Assembly (NCBI GenBank): GCA_040767805.1
Contig: JAXGNU010000005.1
Coordinates: 72,152-136,151, forward strand
DNA: 64,000 nucleotides
Reading direction: 5' to 3'
Origin: Thermovirgaceae bacterium
Lineage (GTDB): Bacteria; Synergistota; Synergistia; Synergistales; Thermovirgaceae
The notes under the pieces are model-generated. The model saw only the letters and a program-made list of their open reading frames with translations, had not been told where the DNA came from and searched no databases. A program made the translations under genes and the position numbers. Below are positions 1-10,428 of this stretch, one piece after another (the stretch's first letter is position 1; the number at the start of each line of letters is the position of its first letter).

Positions 1-349
1 CCACCACGAAGGAGTCGAACTGGTAGTCGGGGTTGAGGCCGTTCCTGGGCCTCTCCGCTTCCCGGGAGATCCGCTCGGCCCGCTTGATCTCGTCCTTCTT
101 GGCGCCGCCCACCTCGAGGACGATCTTGTCGGCCAGCCCCCTCTGGGAGGAAAGGGCGGTGAGCTTCTCGATGAACCTCGACTGGATCTGCTCCCTCACG
201 AAGACGTTCGGGACGTCCAGCGTGAGCACCTTGCCCTCCAGGGAGACGGGGAGACACGTCTTGAGCCAGATGTCCGCGGCTCCCTTGGGCAGACTCTCCT
301 CGGCTATCCCGAGGATCTCTCTCCAGACCTGATCGGTTTTTTCCTGCAA
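1..349 (-). CDS. dnaA: chromosomal replication initiator DnaA, 5' part (runs off window)
   Basis: Not in ORF track. Manual translation from TTG at 349 gives MQEKTDQVWREILGIAEESLPKGAADIWLK...PNVFV...GLNPDYQFDSFVV (domain I, then the LNPxYxFDxFVV start of domain III). Adjacent DnaA boxes support the call. Confidence 0.93.
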   Translation of the reverse strand, partial: MQEKTDQVWREILGIAEESLPKGAADIWLKTCLPVSLEGKVLTLDVPNVFVREQIQSRFIEKLTALSSQRGLADKIVLEVGGAKKDEIKRAERISREAERPRNGLNPDYQFDSFVV

Positions 350-600
350 GGGGGCTCACCTCACGACCTTTTTGGACCGATGGCGAAGTCAATATTACCA
401 TATTTGAATCCACAAATTTTATCCACATATCCACATTTTGTTCATAATGCCCGGATAAGGGGAAAAACCCGCAGGGTGATGTATGTTTTCAAACTGGTCG
501 TAAAAAAAATACTATTTGACCAATCGTAATTAAGCCGGTCCTTTCGGGCCGAAAAGTTGTTCGCATTCCTGTTCACATCGGCTGTGGATTTCTGGCCTAT
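350..600. other. putative oriC region with DnaA boxes
   Basis: Perfect TTATCCACA at 419-427, ATATCCACA at 427-435, GAATCCACA at 406-414 and reversed TGTGGATT near 583-591. AT-rich tract at about 480-535, directly upstream of dnaA. Confidence 0.75.
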
Positions 601-665
601 AATACCGGTAGCCCGCCGCCGCCCCGCGGGGCGCCGATCCTCGGGCTGGGAAGGAGGCCCCTACC

Positions 666-1676
666 ATGAGCCGTGCCGGCCTTCACGTGATAAGCCATAC
701 CGATCTCGACGGCGTGACGTCGGCCCTCGTGGCGTGGACCTACGCCCGCCCCAGGATGAGCCCCGTCAGGGTTTCCCTGGTCGGCTACGGCGAGGTGGAC
801 CTCCTGGTGATGGATTCCCTCTCCAGGGGCGAGCCCTTCGTGGTGCTGGACCTCTTCTGCCAGAGGCCCCAGACGGTGGAGGAGATCGACCGCGCCTTCG
901 TCCAGGGTGATCCTCCCCTGTTCTTCGACCACCACCAGAGCACGCTGGAACGGTACGGGAACAGGCCCTGGGTTCACGGTGACGTGAAAAGCTGCGCGGC
1001 CCTGGTCTATTACCGCTGGCTCATGGAGAAGGCCGCCGGGGAGGACCGCCGGCGGCTGGCTCGCCTGGAGGGGATCGTGGAGACCGCCAACGACCGCGAC
1101 CTCTGGCTCAACCGGATCCCCGAGAGCAGGCTGTGGCAGGCCCTGGTCACCCTCTGCGGCCCGTGGGCCGTCCTGGCCCGCCTGATCGAGGACCCTTCAC
1201 CGGGGCTGGGGCCCGACGAGAAGGCCTTCACCGAGGCCTTCGTCCGGGAGCAGGAGGCGCGATTCGGCCTCGCCCTGGAGAAGGCGATGCGGTCCGGTGA
1301 GGACCTGCTCTTCGTCGGCCCTGGTTCACTCGAGTTCGGCGACGTCTCGGACTTCTGCGGCCTCGTCCTGGATCGGATGGCGTCGCCCCCGAGGCTGGTG
1401 GCGGTCCTCAGCCGGCGCCCCGCCGGCGACTGGAGCGTCTCCCTCAGGAGCAGGGAGGGCTTTGCGGGGAGGGTGACGGGGCTGCTCCGGGACGGCAAAA
1501 AGGTCCGGGGAGGCGGCCACGAGGACTCGGCGGGGCTTTACTTCCCGCCCCATTACAGGCCCGAGGAGATCCGCGATTCGCTCCTATCGGCGGTGAGATC
1601 CGCCCTGGAGTCCGACGCCCCCTCGGGGCTTACGCTGGGCGACCTGCTGAAACAGGCCATGAAGGAAAAGGAGTGA
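666..1676 (+). CDS. DHH/DHHA1 family phosphoesterase
   Basis: SHTDLDG, FDHH and GGGH motifs; GGAGG RBS. Confidence 0.85.
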   Translation: MSRAGLHVISHTDLDGVTSALVAWTYARPRMSPVRVSLVGYGEVDLLVMDSLSRGEPFVVLDLFCQRPQTVEEIDRAFVQGDPPLFFDHHQSTLERYGNRPWVHGDVKSCAALVYYRWLMEKAAGEDRRRLARLEGIVETANDRDLWLNRIPESRLWQALVTLCGPWAVLARLIEDPSPGLGPDEKAFTEAFVREQEARFGLALEKAMRSGEDLLFVGPGSLEFGDVSDFCGLVLDRMASPPRLVAVLSRRPAGDWSVSLRSREGFAGRVTGLLRDGKKVRGGGHEDSAGLYFPPHYRPEEIRDSLLSAVRSALESDAPSGLTLGDLLKQAMKEKE

Positions 1677-1688
1677 AACCCGGGGAGG

Positions 1689-2810
1689 GTGAGGTCCTTG
1701 TCATTTCGAGCGGCCCTTCTTTACGCTTCCGTCGGGACCGGCCACAGGAGCGCGGCCCTGGCCCTGGAGAAGTGGTTCGGGCGGGAGGTGCCCCACTCGC
1801 GGGTCCTCTGCCTGGACACGCTCTCCTTCGCCCTACCCATAGTGAGGGGCGTCTACACCAGGTCCTACCTGGAGATGGTGAGGCACATGCCCCACCTCTG
1901 GGGTTACTTCTACGAGACCACCGACGACCTCCAGACGAGGGACGGCGTTCTAGCTACCCTGGGGGAACTGACGGAAAAACTGAACCTCCAGGGGCTCAAA
2001 AAGGCCCTCTCCTCCTTTTCACCCGACGTCATCATCTTCACCCACTTCTTCGGCGCCGCCGCCATAGCCGAGTCCTTCGCCCCGGGCGTTCCCATCTGCT
2101 ACGTCAACACCGACTTCCTGAGCCACGTCTTCCACCGTAATCCCTCTTTCTCGGCCTGGTTCGTCTCCAGCGACGAGACCCTTCGCCAGTACCTGGCCGA
2201 CGGCCTGCCCCCCGACAGGGTCTTCCCGACGGGTATCCCCGTGGACCCCGTCTACGCCGAGCCCCCGGGGAAGGAAGAGGCCCGCCGGCGCCTAGGCCTG
2301 GACGCCGATGACAGGGTCGCCCTGGTGATGGGAGGGGGGATAGGGGTGGGCCCCATCGAGGAAGTGGTGGCCTCCCTCGTGAGGGGCGGTTTCACCGCGG
2401 AGGTCATCTGCGGCATAAACGAGAAGGTCCGGGAGGCCATCCTGGAAAGGTTCACCGGCCGGCCGGGCCTGCGGGTCCACGGTTTCGTGGACGACATGCC
2501 CTACCGCTACGCTTCGGCGGACATCATTTTCATGAAACCCGGGGGTCTCTCCACCTCGGAAGCCCTCTGCGTGGGTACCCCCATAGTGATCACCGACCCC
2601 ATACCGGGGCAGGAGCAGCGCAACAGCGACTTCCTGCTCGACCGGGGAGCCGCCAGGACCCTCTTCGACTACCGGCTGGCCGCCGAGAAGGCCGAGGCCC
2701 TTCTCTCCGCCGGTGGTGAGAGGGATCGCCTCCGGCGGGCGGCGGCCGAAATAGCCCGACCCCACGCGGGAAGGGATATCGTCGGGAAGGTCCTGGGACT
2801 CAAAGGTTAG
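1689..2810 (+). CDS. MGDG synthase/UgtP-like glycosyltransferase (GT28)
   Basis: ASVGTGH, TGIPV, KPGGLSTSEA and PGQEQRN motifs. Confidence 0.85.
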   Translation: MRSLSFRAALLYASVGTGHRSAALALEKWFGREVPHSRVLCLDTLSFALPIVRGVYTRSYLEMVRHMPHLWGYFYETTDDLQTRDGVLATLGELTEKLNLQGLKKALSSFSPDVIIFTHFFGAAAIAESFAPGVPICYVNTDFLSHVFHRNPSFSAWFVSSDETLRQYLADGLPPDRVFPTGIPVDPVYAEPPGKEEARRRLGLDADDRVALVMGGGIGVGPIEEVVASLVRGGFTAEVICGINEKVREAILERFTGRPGLRVHGFVDDMPYRYASADIIFMKPGGLSTSEALCVGTPIVITDPIPGQEQRNSDFLLDRGAARTLFDYRLAAEKAEALLSAGGERDRLRRAAAEIARPHAGRDIVGKVLGLKG

Positions 2811-2976
2811 TAAAAGATAAGGTTTTCGTCCTCTTATTTTCCCTTCTCCTCTCCCGCCCGCAGGGATCCTCTCCCGCCACCACCGGCCGTCGGGGCGAAC
2901 CCGGATCGGGCCTGAAGAGAAAGCTCCTTTTCGTGTATCATCGACCCAGGCAAGTCCTTACCAGGAGGTGTTGATC

Positions 2977-3954
2977 ATGAAGATCGATCCCGGTATTACC
3001 GACGTTCTGCTGGCAGCCCGCTTCCTCCAGGGGAGGGTCCGCCGCACTCCGACGGAGCGGTCCGAGCCCTTGAGCAGGATCACGGGGGGCGAGGTGTTCC
3101 TGAAATGGGAGAACCAGCAGCTCTGCGGCTCTTTCAAGATCCGGGGGGCGCTGAACAGGATGTACAGCCTCACCGCCGAGGAGAGGGCCCGGGGGGTTGT
3201 GACGGCCTCCAGCGGGAACCACGCCCAGGGCGTCGCCCTGGCCGCCAGGGCCCTATCGACCAGGGCGGTGATATGCGTGCCCGGCGTCTGCCCCGAGACG
3301 AAGAGGGAAGCCATCAGGAGGCTGGGCGGCGACAGGGTCGAACTCAGGGTCACGGGTCATTTCTACGACGACGCCGAAGAGACGGCCCACCGCCTACAGG
3401 AAGAGGAAGGCATGACTTATATATCATCCTACGCCGACCCCTTCATCATCAGCGGTGCCGGGACCCTGGGGCTGGAGATGGTCATGGACGAGCCGGAACT
3501 GGACATGGTCATCGTGCCGGCCGGCGGCGGCGGGCTGATAAACGGCGTAGCCATAGCGGTGAAGGCTCTAAGCCCCGAAACCCAGGTATGGGGCGTCCAA
3601 TCGGTGGCGTCCAACCCCTTCGTGGTCTCCTGGCCGGGCGGCAAGGTGCTCGAGGTGGAATACCAGGACTCCCTGGCCGACGGCCTCACGGGACTGATAC
3701 CCCAGAGCCTCCTGGACCTGGCGAAAAAAAGGGTGGCGGGCTTCGTGGATGTCGAGGAGGTGGACATCGCGAAGGCCATAGCCTTCCTTCATTCCAGCCA
3801 TCACCAGGTGGTCGAGGGTTCCGGGGCCGTGGGCGTGGCGGCCATGGCCAGTGGCAGGATCGCCGTGAAGGGTTTGCGGGTGGGCGTGGTCATCTCAGGC
3901 GGGAATATCGACCACCACCGCCTCATGGAGATCCTGCAAGAATATTCCCATTGA
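2977..3954 (+). CDS. PLP-dependent threonine/serine dehydratase, no regulatory domain
   Basis: GSFKIRGA, ASSGNHAQG, GGGGLI and SGGNID motifs; AGGAGG RBS. Confidence 0.85.
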   Translation: MKIDPGITDVLLAARFLQGRVRRTPTERSEPLSRITGGEVFLKWENQQLCGSFKIRGALNRMYSLTAEERARGVVTASSGNHAQGVALAARALSTRAVICVPGVCPETKREAIRRLGGDRVELRVTGHFYDDAEETAHRLQEEEGMTYISSYADPFIISGAGTLGLEMVMDEPELDMVIVPAGGGGLINGVAIAVKALSPETQVWGVQSVASNPFVVSWPGGKVLEVEYQDSLADGLTGLIPQSLLDLAKKRVAGFVDVEEVDIAKAIAFLHSSHHQVVEGSGAVGVAAMASGRIAVKGLRVGVVISGGNIDHHRLMEILQEYSH

Positions 3955-3963
3955 AGGGACCGT

Positions 3964-3979
3964 TGTTTCACGTGAAACA
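3964..3979. promoter_or_regulatory. parS site
   Basis: Perfect palindrome TGTTTCACGTGAAACA. Confidence 0.92.
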
Positions 3980-4007
3980 TGGGCGGCCCGGGCCGCCCAT
4001 GTTTTTT
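3978..4007. terminator. intrinsic terminator
   Basis: CATGGGCGGC-CCGG-GCCGCCCATG hairpin followed by GTTTTTT, between convergent genes. Confidence 0.65.
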
Positions 4008-7000
4008 AATCGCCGGCGCTCTCCCCCGTCGGGATGCTGATGGTCACCTTGTGTCCCCTGTCGTCCTGCAAAGTCTGGCCCGTGCCGTTGGGGTCCTGTG
4101 GGGGTCTGGAGGCATCCCGGGGCGGAGCCACCCTGAAGTTGGTGAAGAGGGGGTTGGACCAAGTACCTTCCACCCGGAAGCTGGTGTCCCGAAAGTCCTG
4201 CTTCCCCATGCCCCCAACGACCCCCCCGATGAGGCCTTCCAGGATCGCCCCGGGGGAGGCCGTCCCCGCCACGGCCAGCCCCTGGATGGCGCCGAGCAGG
4301 GTATTCAGGGCCTGCACGTTGACGAGCCCCGAACAGTAGAGGTTGAGGTTGCCGCCGGGGCCGGCCGCCCCGTCGACGGTGAGGTAGCGGTAAAGGGCGT
4401 CGTCGCCCCGGGCGGTGGCCCGGCTTCCGGGGAGGAGAGTCACCACGTTGCCGTCCACCTTGAAGTTGGCGTCGATCCTCCCGTAGCGAAGGGAGGACAC
4501 GCCGTAGGTCGAGGAAATGGCCTTGAGGGCCTTGAAACCCGACACCTCCCCCTCGGTGGCGGTGAAGTTTCCGCCGCCCGTCACGAGGAGGTGCTTCCCG
4601 AGGGCTCCCGAAAGGGCAAGGTCAAGGTCGCCCCTCCCGGTGATCCTTCCGTCGATGTCCGTGAGGGCTTTGACGGCCCTGTCTATGTCGGCGCCCCGGA
4701 GGGAGGCCCTGATGTTCCAGCGGCCCGTGCCCGTTTCGAGACCGCCGCCGCCCTCGAGGCGCCCCTCGAAGAGCCGCGCCGAAACGTTCTCGGCCCTTAC
4801 GCCCCCTTCCCCGAGCACCAGGGGAAGGGTGACCCCATCGAAGTCTAGGCCGAAGGCCCTCATCCTTTCGGAACGGAGTTCTCCCCTGCCGGCCCAGGCT
4901 CCATCCTTCAGGGAACCCGAGAGGGTCACGTCCGCCGTGCCCGACAAGGCCGGCGAACCGTTACGCTTGAGTTCTTTCGTTACCTGGGCGAGATCGAGGT
5001 CGGAACCTTCCAGGCTGAAATCCAGTTCTACGCCGCCCGGCAGGAGGTCCACCGTCCCCGTCGCCGTAAGGGCGCCCCGGCCGGCGTAACCCTTCAGCTC
5101 CTCCAGGGCCATGTGGGTACCGTCGCCCCGGGCGGTGAAGACGAGGTCCGTCAGGTGGAGTCCGCCGAGGAAGATGGAGGGTGAGCGCCCCGTGAGGGTG
5201 ATCGTGGGGCCGGGCAGGGCGCCCTTGATGGAGAAGTCCGTCTCCAGGGGCCCGTGAATGTCGAAGGGAGCCTTGTCGCCCAGGATGGATAAATCCACCC
5301 CGGTGGCGGTGCCCCTGAGGTCAACGCTGCCGGCCCCGCTGCGCCCGGGCAGTTTCGCCGACCCGGTGAGGGAGAAGGAGGCGCCGAGGGTCTCGCCCTG
5401 GGCGTTCTCGATGTTCATGACCCCTGAAGTGACGGTGAAAGCCGTCCTCAATCCTGTGAGTGTCCCCGAGGGGAGTTCAAGGCTTTCGGCGGCCAGGTCG
5501 AGCCTCATGTCGGGGGTGTCCCCCGACGATGGAAGGTAGACCTTGGTGAGGATCTTCATCCCCGAAAGGCACGCCCTTTCGGGGACGGTCACCCTGGGGG
5601 AGCGTATTTCCAGGGCGAGGACGGGCCTCTCGAGGGGGCCCTTGAGAGACCAGGCCGTCGTAGCGGTGCCCTCAAGGCCCAACTCCTTCAGCGCCGGGAC
5701 AAAGGCGGCAAGGCTGGAAACGGGCCCTTCCGTGGCGTTCCCCCTGAGATCGAAAGCCCCGGCGCCGCCCTTCAGGCCCGTGACCTGCCCCGATCCGGCG
5801 ACGGCCGAACCCCTCCACCGGGCTGCCAGGGAGCTGAAGGTCAAAGTCCCGTCGGAGTAGGCGAAGGCGACCTTCGGTTTTTCGAGGATCTCCCCCGATG
5901 CTTCGACTCGCTCGGAACGGATGGTCCCCTCGGCTTTAAGGGCGTCGGGAGCGCCGAAGAGGCGGACCTTGGCGGCGGCCCTGCCCGAAAGGGTCAGTTT
6001 CAGGTAGGGCAGGGCTTCCGCGGTGCGTTTTAGGTCTAGACCGCTTCCAGAGAGGGTGAGGTCCAGGGCCGGCCCGGCGCCGAAGGCGACGGTTCCCTCC
6101 CCCTTCACGACGGAGCCTAGCCATTCCGCCCCCAGGTCCAGCTCCAGGGTCGAACTATCCTTGAGTTCCAAGGCGCCTTCGATCCCTGAGAGGGGCTGTC
6201 CCGCCAGTTTTAGTTCCGAGGTCTTGAGGGTGATCATCCCCGACAGGGAGTTCGAGGGACCGACGAGGTTAACGTCGAGGGAGTCGATGACACCCTCGGC
6301 CAGGGGGTGGAGCCAGGGGAAGGTTTTCGCCCACGACTTAACCTCGGCTCCGCGGGCCGTGATGTCGATGGCCGTGACGGGCGGCAGGGCGCTGAAGGAA
6401 AATCGCAGCGTCCCCGATAGGGCTGTTCCGTTGGCCGCGCCCCTGACTTCCCTCATTTCCAGGGTGTCGCCGCTGTAGGACCAGGAGGAGGAAAGGTCCT
6501 CCACGTCGATGCCGTAGACCTCGCCTCGGGTGGCGACCAGGCGGCCTTCCATGGCGACCCCTGGCCAAGGGCCCCTGGCCGTGAAAGATGTAGAGAACTT
6601 CCCGGAATAACCCTGCCCTGCCAGTTCGGGCCAGAATCCCTCCAGCACCCCTACGTCCAGATCGGAGACCTCACCCGCCAGGTCCATCACGGGGAGGACC
6701 CGCCCTGAAGCGGTCAGACCGCCCTGGGCGGTCTTGACGAAGAGACGGCGAAGGAAGAGCTCCTCCCCGGCCGGTTCGAGTTCCGCCCTTATCGAAAAAG
6801 GTGTCTCCCTGTAAAGGAGGGACCCCGACGCGTCGATCGTCCCATCACCGAGGGAAACCTTACCTTCCTCTATCTTGAGGTCGCCCTTGGGTGTCCGCAG
6901 GATGCATTTTTGGACCAGCAGCGTGTCGAAGGGAAGCGCCATCGGCCCCGGCGCCCCATCCTTGGGAGGCCGGAGGTGAAGGTCGCCCGGGTCAAACAGG

Positions 7001-7326
7001 GCTCCGCCGAGGGAGATGGACCTGATCCTCGGCGATCCCTTGAGCAGCGAGAGGGGTTCAAAGGCTACGGCCACCTCGGGTGCGGAAAAGAACACCCGGC
7101 CGCCGCGCCTGAGGGCGACGTTTTTCATCTTGAAGCCCTTGATGGGGTTACCCGACAGCGACGAAAGGGATAGTTCGGCATCCAGTTGCCGCCTGGCGGC
7201 CTTCCCAAGTTCGGAGACGGCGAAACCGGCCCCTATGTCGCCCCTCGAGATCAGGACGAGGACCCCTGCGGCGGCCAGGGAGAGCAGGATGAACAGGACC
7301 AGCAGAGCCTTCCAGCATTTTGCCAA
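4006..7326 (-). CDS. AsmA/TamB-like large beta-rich envelope protein
   Basis: N-terminal TM anchor and about 1100 aa of Gly-rich beta-strand repeats. Probable TTG start at 7326 after GGAGG. Confidence 0.7.
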   Translation of the reverse strand: MAKCWKALLVLFILLSLAAAGVLVLISRGDIGAGFAVSELGKAARRQLDAELSLSSLSGNPIKGFKMKNVALRRGGRVFFSAPEVAVAFEPLSLLKGSPRIRSISLGGALFDPGDLHLRPPKDGAPGPMALPFDTLLVQKCILRTPKGDLKIEEGKVSLGDGTIDASGSLLYRETPFSIRAELEPAGEELFLRRLFVKTAQGGLTASGRVLPVMDLAGEVSDLDVGVLEGFWPELAGQGYSGKFSTSFTARGPWPGVAMEGRLVATRGEVYGIDVEDLSSSWSYSGDTLEMREVRGAANGTALSGTLRFSFSALPPVTAIDITARGAEVKSWAKTFPWLHPLAEGVIDSLDVNLVGPSNSLSGMITLKTSELKLAGQPLSGIEGALELKDSSTLELDLGAEWLGSVVKGEGTVAFGAGPALDLTLSGSGLDLKRTAEALPYLKLTLSGRAAAKVRLFGAPDALKAEGTIRSERVEASGEILEKPKVAFAYSDGTLTFSSLAARWRGSAVAGSGQVTGLKGGAGAFDLRGNATEGPVSSLAAFVPALKELGLEGTATTAWSLKGPLERPVLALEIRSPRVTVPERACLSGMKILTKVYLPSSGDTPDMRLDLAAESLELPSGTLTGLRTAFTVTSGVMNIENAQGETLGASFSLTGSAKLPGRSGAGSVDLRGTATGVDLSILGDKAPFDIHGPLETDFSIKGALPGPTITLTGRSPSIFLGGLHLTDLVFTARGDGTHMALEELKGYAGRGALTATGTVDLLPGGVELDFSLEGSDLDLAQVTKELKRNGSPALSGTADVTLSGSLKDGAWAGRGELRSERMRAFGLDFDGVTLPLVLGEGGVRAENVSARLFEGRLEGGGGLETGTGRWNIRASLRGADIDRAVKALTDIDGRITGRGDLDLALSGALGKHLLVTGGGNFTATEGEVSGFKALKAISSTYGVSSLRYGRIDANFKVDGNVVTLLPGSRATARGDDALYRYLTVDGAAGPGGNLNLYCSGLVNVQALNTLLGAIQGLAVAGTASPGAILEGLIGGVVGGMGKQDFRDTSFRVEGTWSNPLFTNFRVAPPRDASRPPQDPNGTGQTLQDDRGHKVTISIPTGESAGD

Positions 7327-7516
7327 AGGGTGAACCTCCCGGAGATCGATCACAGGAGACCTCATAATAAAGGCGGGCCGGGAAAGAATCAATCGGGGTA
7401 AATACCTAGAGACCCGCAAGGGCGGAAAGATTTTCTAAATACCCGTTAAGAACGGATGCCGGAAACCCGGGGGAGTCAAGGTTGCATGCACAAGGCGGCC
7501 TCGGGGGGTATTCTCT

Positions 7517-7587
7517 GTGGAGTACTGTCGATTAATGTCAAAATGACCGGAAAGGGGATGTGGAGATGTGGAAAAACTTGTGGATAA
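7517..7587. promoter_or_regulatory. second DnaA-box cluster
   Basis: TGTGGATAA (perfect, 7579-7587), TGTGGAAAA (7567-7575), TGTGGAGAT (7560-7568) and TGTGGAGTA (7516-7524), all in the same orientation. Confidence 0.6.
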
Positions 7588-7594
7588 GACCGGG

Positions 7595-8371
7595 TCATCG
7601 GGATGACAATACCTGGGACGGATCGGTCAGCAGGATCTCGGGTCCTCCGAAGCCGGGCGTGACCTTTCCCACGACGGTGAGGGTTTTCCCGACTGACTCC
7701 TCGAAGGGGCCGAATTGACCGGCATCGCTCTTGTGGACGATGAGGGAGGCGTTGCCCTTATCGGAGCGTAGGGTGATGCGGGTCTCCGATGAGACCACCT
7801 CCTGGACCTTGAAACGGACAGTGATGAAGTGCCCGGCCACCGTGGGCAGTTCAGCCCAGACCTGGGCCGGCGTGAACACTCTCCCCCGGGCCCTGGACCA
7901 GAGGCCCTTCCCCGAAGCCCGTGCACGGCCGAAGGCCTCCCTGAAAAGTTCCGTGTGCCGCAGATTCGGGGGAAAGCTGTAGGGGAGGGCGAAGCCCTCG
8001 GCCACCATCAGTTCGTTGATCATGGCGCCCTTTCCCTCGTCGGCGAGCCACAGGTAGGCCAGGGTCCTCCCGTAGCGGTCCCTCCTCTGCAGGTCAAACT
8101 CAAGGAGGACCCTCTTCCCCAGCACCAGCGACTCGTTGAACCGGGAGGCCTCCCGCCCCAGTTCTTCCACCCTCCTGCGAGGGTGGTGGGTCTCAGGGGA
8201 GTCGATGCCGATATAACGCACCTGCTCGACGGTCCCATCGTCGGTGGCGACGGTCACCGTATCACCGTCGGCGACCCTCACGACCCGGCCCGGGAGGGCC
8301 GCCCCGGGCCAGGCCTGAAGGGGCGTGAGAAGGAGCAGGAGGCAGGCGGCCAGGGCCGCGAAGCCCTTCAT
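7595..8371 (-). CDS. secreted thermonuclease (SNase family)
   Basis: Signal peptide; DGDT, RYIGIDSPE and DRYGRTLAY motifs. Confidence 0.9.
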   Translation of the reverse strand: MKGFAALAACLLLLLTPLQAWPGAALPGRVVRVADGDTVTVATDDGTVEQVRYIGIDSPETHHPRRRVEELGREASRFNESLVLGKRVLLEFDLQRRDRYGRTLAYLWLADEGKGAMINELMVAEGFALPYSFPPNLRHTELFREAFGRARASGKGLWSRARGRVFTPAQVWAELPTVAGHFITVRFKVQEVVSSETRITLRSDKGNASLIVHKSDAGQFGPFEESVGKTLTVVGKVTPGFGGPEILLTDPSQVLSSR

Positions 8372-8793
8372 TTTTTCCCGGGGAAGAATCTCATGGGCTC
8401 TCCCTCTACGACGAGCTTCCTTTCGAAGGCAAGTCCCTTGGGCACCAGGAACACCATCTCGCAGGTGAAGTTGACCGTCGCGCTGAAGAGATGGCCTCCG
8501 ACGACGGAATGATCCTTGCCCGCCAGTGAGGCATGGGCGTGGATAAAGGGCTTTCCGTCCTGCTGGCGGTTCACCGTCCCCGAAAGGGAGAGGATCTCGC
8601 AGGGTTCGTGGAATCGTTTCTTCTCGTAACCTTCGGGGCCCAGCCAGCCTATTTCAAAGTCGCGGAGCATGCCGACGGCGGAGATGATCACCGCCGATGT
8701 TGTATCACCCAGGGTCTCGAGGAGGCGGGGCATGAGGTCCTCGCCGTCGTCGAAACGCAGGGCCACCATGTTCTCGTCCCGTTCAACGATCAA
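8368..8793 (-). CDS. PPC/DUF296 domain protein
   Basis: EILSLSGT, HAHASL and VVGGHL motifs. Confidence 0.85.
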   Translation of the reverse strand: MIVERDENMVALRFDDGEDLMPRLLETLGDTTSAVIISAVGMLRDFEIGWLGPEGYEKKRFHEPCEILSLSGTVNRQQDGKPFIHAHASLAGKDHSVVGGHLFSATVNFTCEMVFLVPKGLAFERKLVVEGEPMRFFPGKK

Positions 8794-8950
8794 ACTTTAC
8801 CCTCCCTTCCGTGATCTATCCAGGGTCCCTTGCCCCTTTAACACCAGTCTATCACCGAAAAGCACCATCCACACGCCGGGTTTTTCGGGTAAGATAGCAA
8901 TGCGGGAGGGAACTTGGAAGGGGTCGGCCTCCCCGGAAGGATGGATAAGC

Positions 8951-9652
8951 TTGCCTGAAACCTTTCCCGAATACAGGCTGCAGCCGGAGGATTATCTCGT
9001 CGAACTCCAGAAGAACAGGGAAAGGATAGAGTATTACGCCTTCCTCCTGGCTTCATTCAACGAGAGGGCGAGGCTCACCGGTCCCACGGAGCCACCGGAG
9101 ATAATGGAACATATCAGGGATTGCGCCGTATCCCTCGTCTTCGCCCCCGACATCGGCGCCGTCGTGGATATCGGGACCGGGGGGGGCCTTCCGGGGATTG
9201 TCTGGGCCCTGTGCAGGCCGAAACTGAAGATCACACTGGTCGAGAGCGTCGAGAAAAAGTGCGGTATCCTCGAGGAGATGGCCCGGATGCTCCGGCTGCC
9301 CAACGTGGAGGTGGCCTGCGCCCGGTCGGAGGCTCTCTCCCTGGAGCGGCGGGAGAACTATCGCATCGCCCTTTCAAGGGGTGTGGGCCACCTCGGGGTC
9401 GTCGCCGAATACGCCTCCCCCCTCCTCGGTGTGGGCGGTTTCGCCTACTTTTTCAAGGGGCCCAAGGCCGCCGAGGAGTTGCGGGATGTGGGGGACCGGT
9501 GGGTGACCCTGGGTTTTGACGACCCCGTGATCTATCCTTACGATCTGGATGGGAAGAGCCTTTGCCTGGTGGGGCTCGAAAAGACCGCCCCCTGCCCGGT
9601 CAAGTACCCGAGGCGCCCCGGCAAGGCCGGCAAAAGTCCCTGGTGGAGGTGA
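8951..9652 (+). CDS. rsmG: 16S rRNA m7G527 methyltransferase RsmG (GidB); start uncertain (8900 or 8951)
   Basis: DIGTGGGLPG, ESVEKK and YPRRPG motifs; lies upstream of parA. Confidence 0.9.
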   Translation: MPETFPEYRLQPEDYLVELQKNRERIEYYAFLLASFNERARLTGPTEPPEIMEHIRDCAVSLVFAPDIGAVVDIGTGGGLPGIVWALCRPKLKITLVESVEKKCGILEEMARMLRLPNVEVACARSEALSLERRENYRIALSRGVGHLGVVAEYASPLLGVGGFAYFFKGPKAAEELRDVGDRWVTLGFDDPVIYPYDLDGKSLCLVGLEKTAPCPVKYPRRPGKAGKSPWWR

Positions 9653-9657
9653 GGCTT

Positions 9658-10428
9658 TTGAAGACCGTCGCCGTCGCGAACCAGAAGGGGGGTGTGGGCA
9701 AGACCACCTGCTGTGTGAACCTGGCCGCCGAACTCGGCAGGCAGGGCAAGAAGGTGCTCGTGCTCGATATCGACCCCCAGGGCAACAGTACCAGCGGCCT
9801 TGGTGTGGATGTCTCCAACGTCAATAACAGCATGTATCACGTGATCCTCGACGAGGTGTCCCCCACCAGCGCGATCATCCCGTCGGCCTGGGAGGGGGTC
9901 TGGGTACTTCCGGCCACCCTCGACCTGGCCGGCTCCGAGGTGGAACTGGCCGGGGTGATGAGTCGCGAGACGAGGCTGGCGAGACATATGGACGCTATGA
10001 AGGACTTCGACATCGGCTTCATCGACTGCCCCCCTTCGCTGGGACTCCTCACCGTCAACGCCCTCGTCGCCGCCGACAGCCTCATGGTCCCGATCCAGTG
10101 CGAATATTACGCCCTGGAGGGCGTGGGTCAGCTCATGAGGACCATTTCGCTGGTTCAGCGTTACCTCAACGAGAATCTCAACCTCGACGGCGTAGTCCTC
10201 ACCATGTACGACGTCAGGACCAACCTCTCCAAGGAGGTGGCCGACGAGGTCAGGAACCAGTTCCGCGAGGCCGTCTTCGATACCCTCATACCGAGGAACG
10301 TCAGGCTTTCCGAGGCCCCCAGCCACGGCAAGCCCATCTGCTACTACGACCCGGATAGCGCCGGCGCGGGCGCCTTCCGGAACCTTGCCCGGGAGGTGCA
10401 GCAGCGATGGCTCGCCCAAGAGCGCTAG
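9658..10428 (+). CDS. parA: ParA/Soj ATPase
   Basis: NQKGGVGKTT, DIDPQGNSTSG, DCPPSLG and QCEYYALEG motifs. Confidence 0.95.
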   Translation: MKTVAVANQKGGVGKTTCCVNLAAELGRQGKKVLVLDIDPQGNSTSGLGVDVSNVNNSMYHVILDEVSPTSAIIPSAWEGVWVLPATLDLAGSEVELAGVMSRETRLARHMDAMKDFDIGFIDCPPSLGLLTVNALVAADSLMVPIQCEYYALEGVGQLMRTISLVQRYLNENLNLDGVVLTMYDVRTNLSKEVADEVRNQFREAVFDTLIPRNVRLSEAPSHGKPICYYDPDSAGAGAFRNLAREVQQRWLAQER

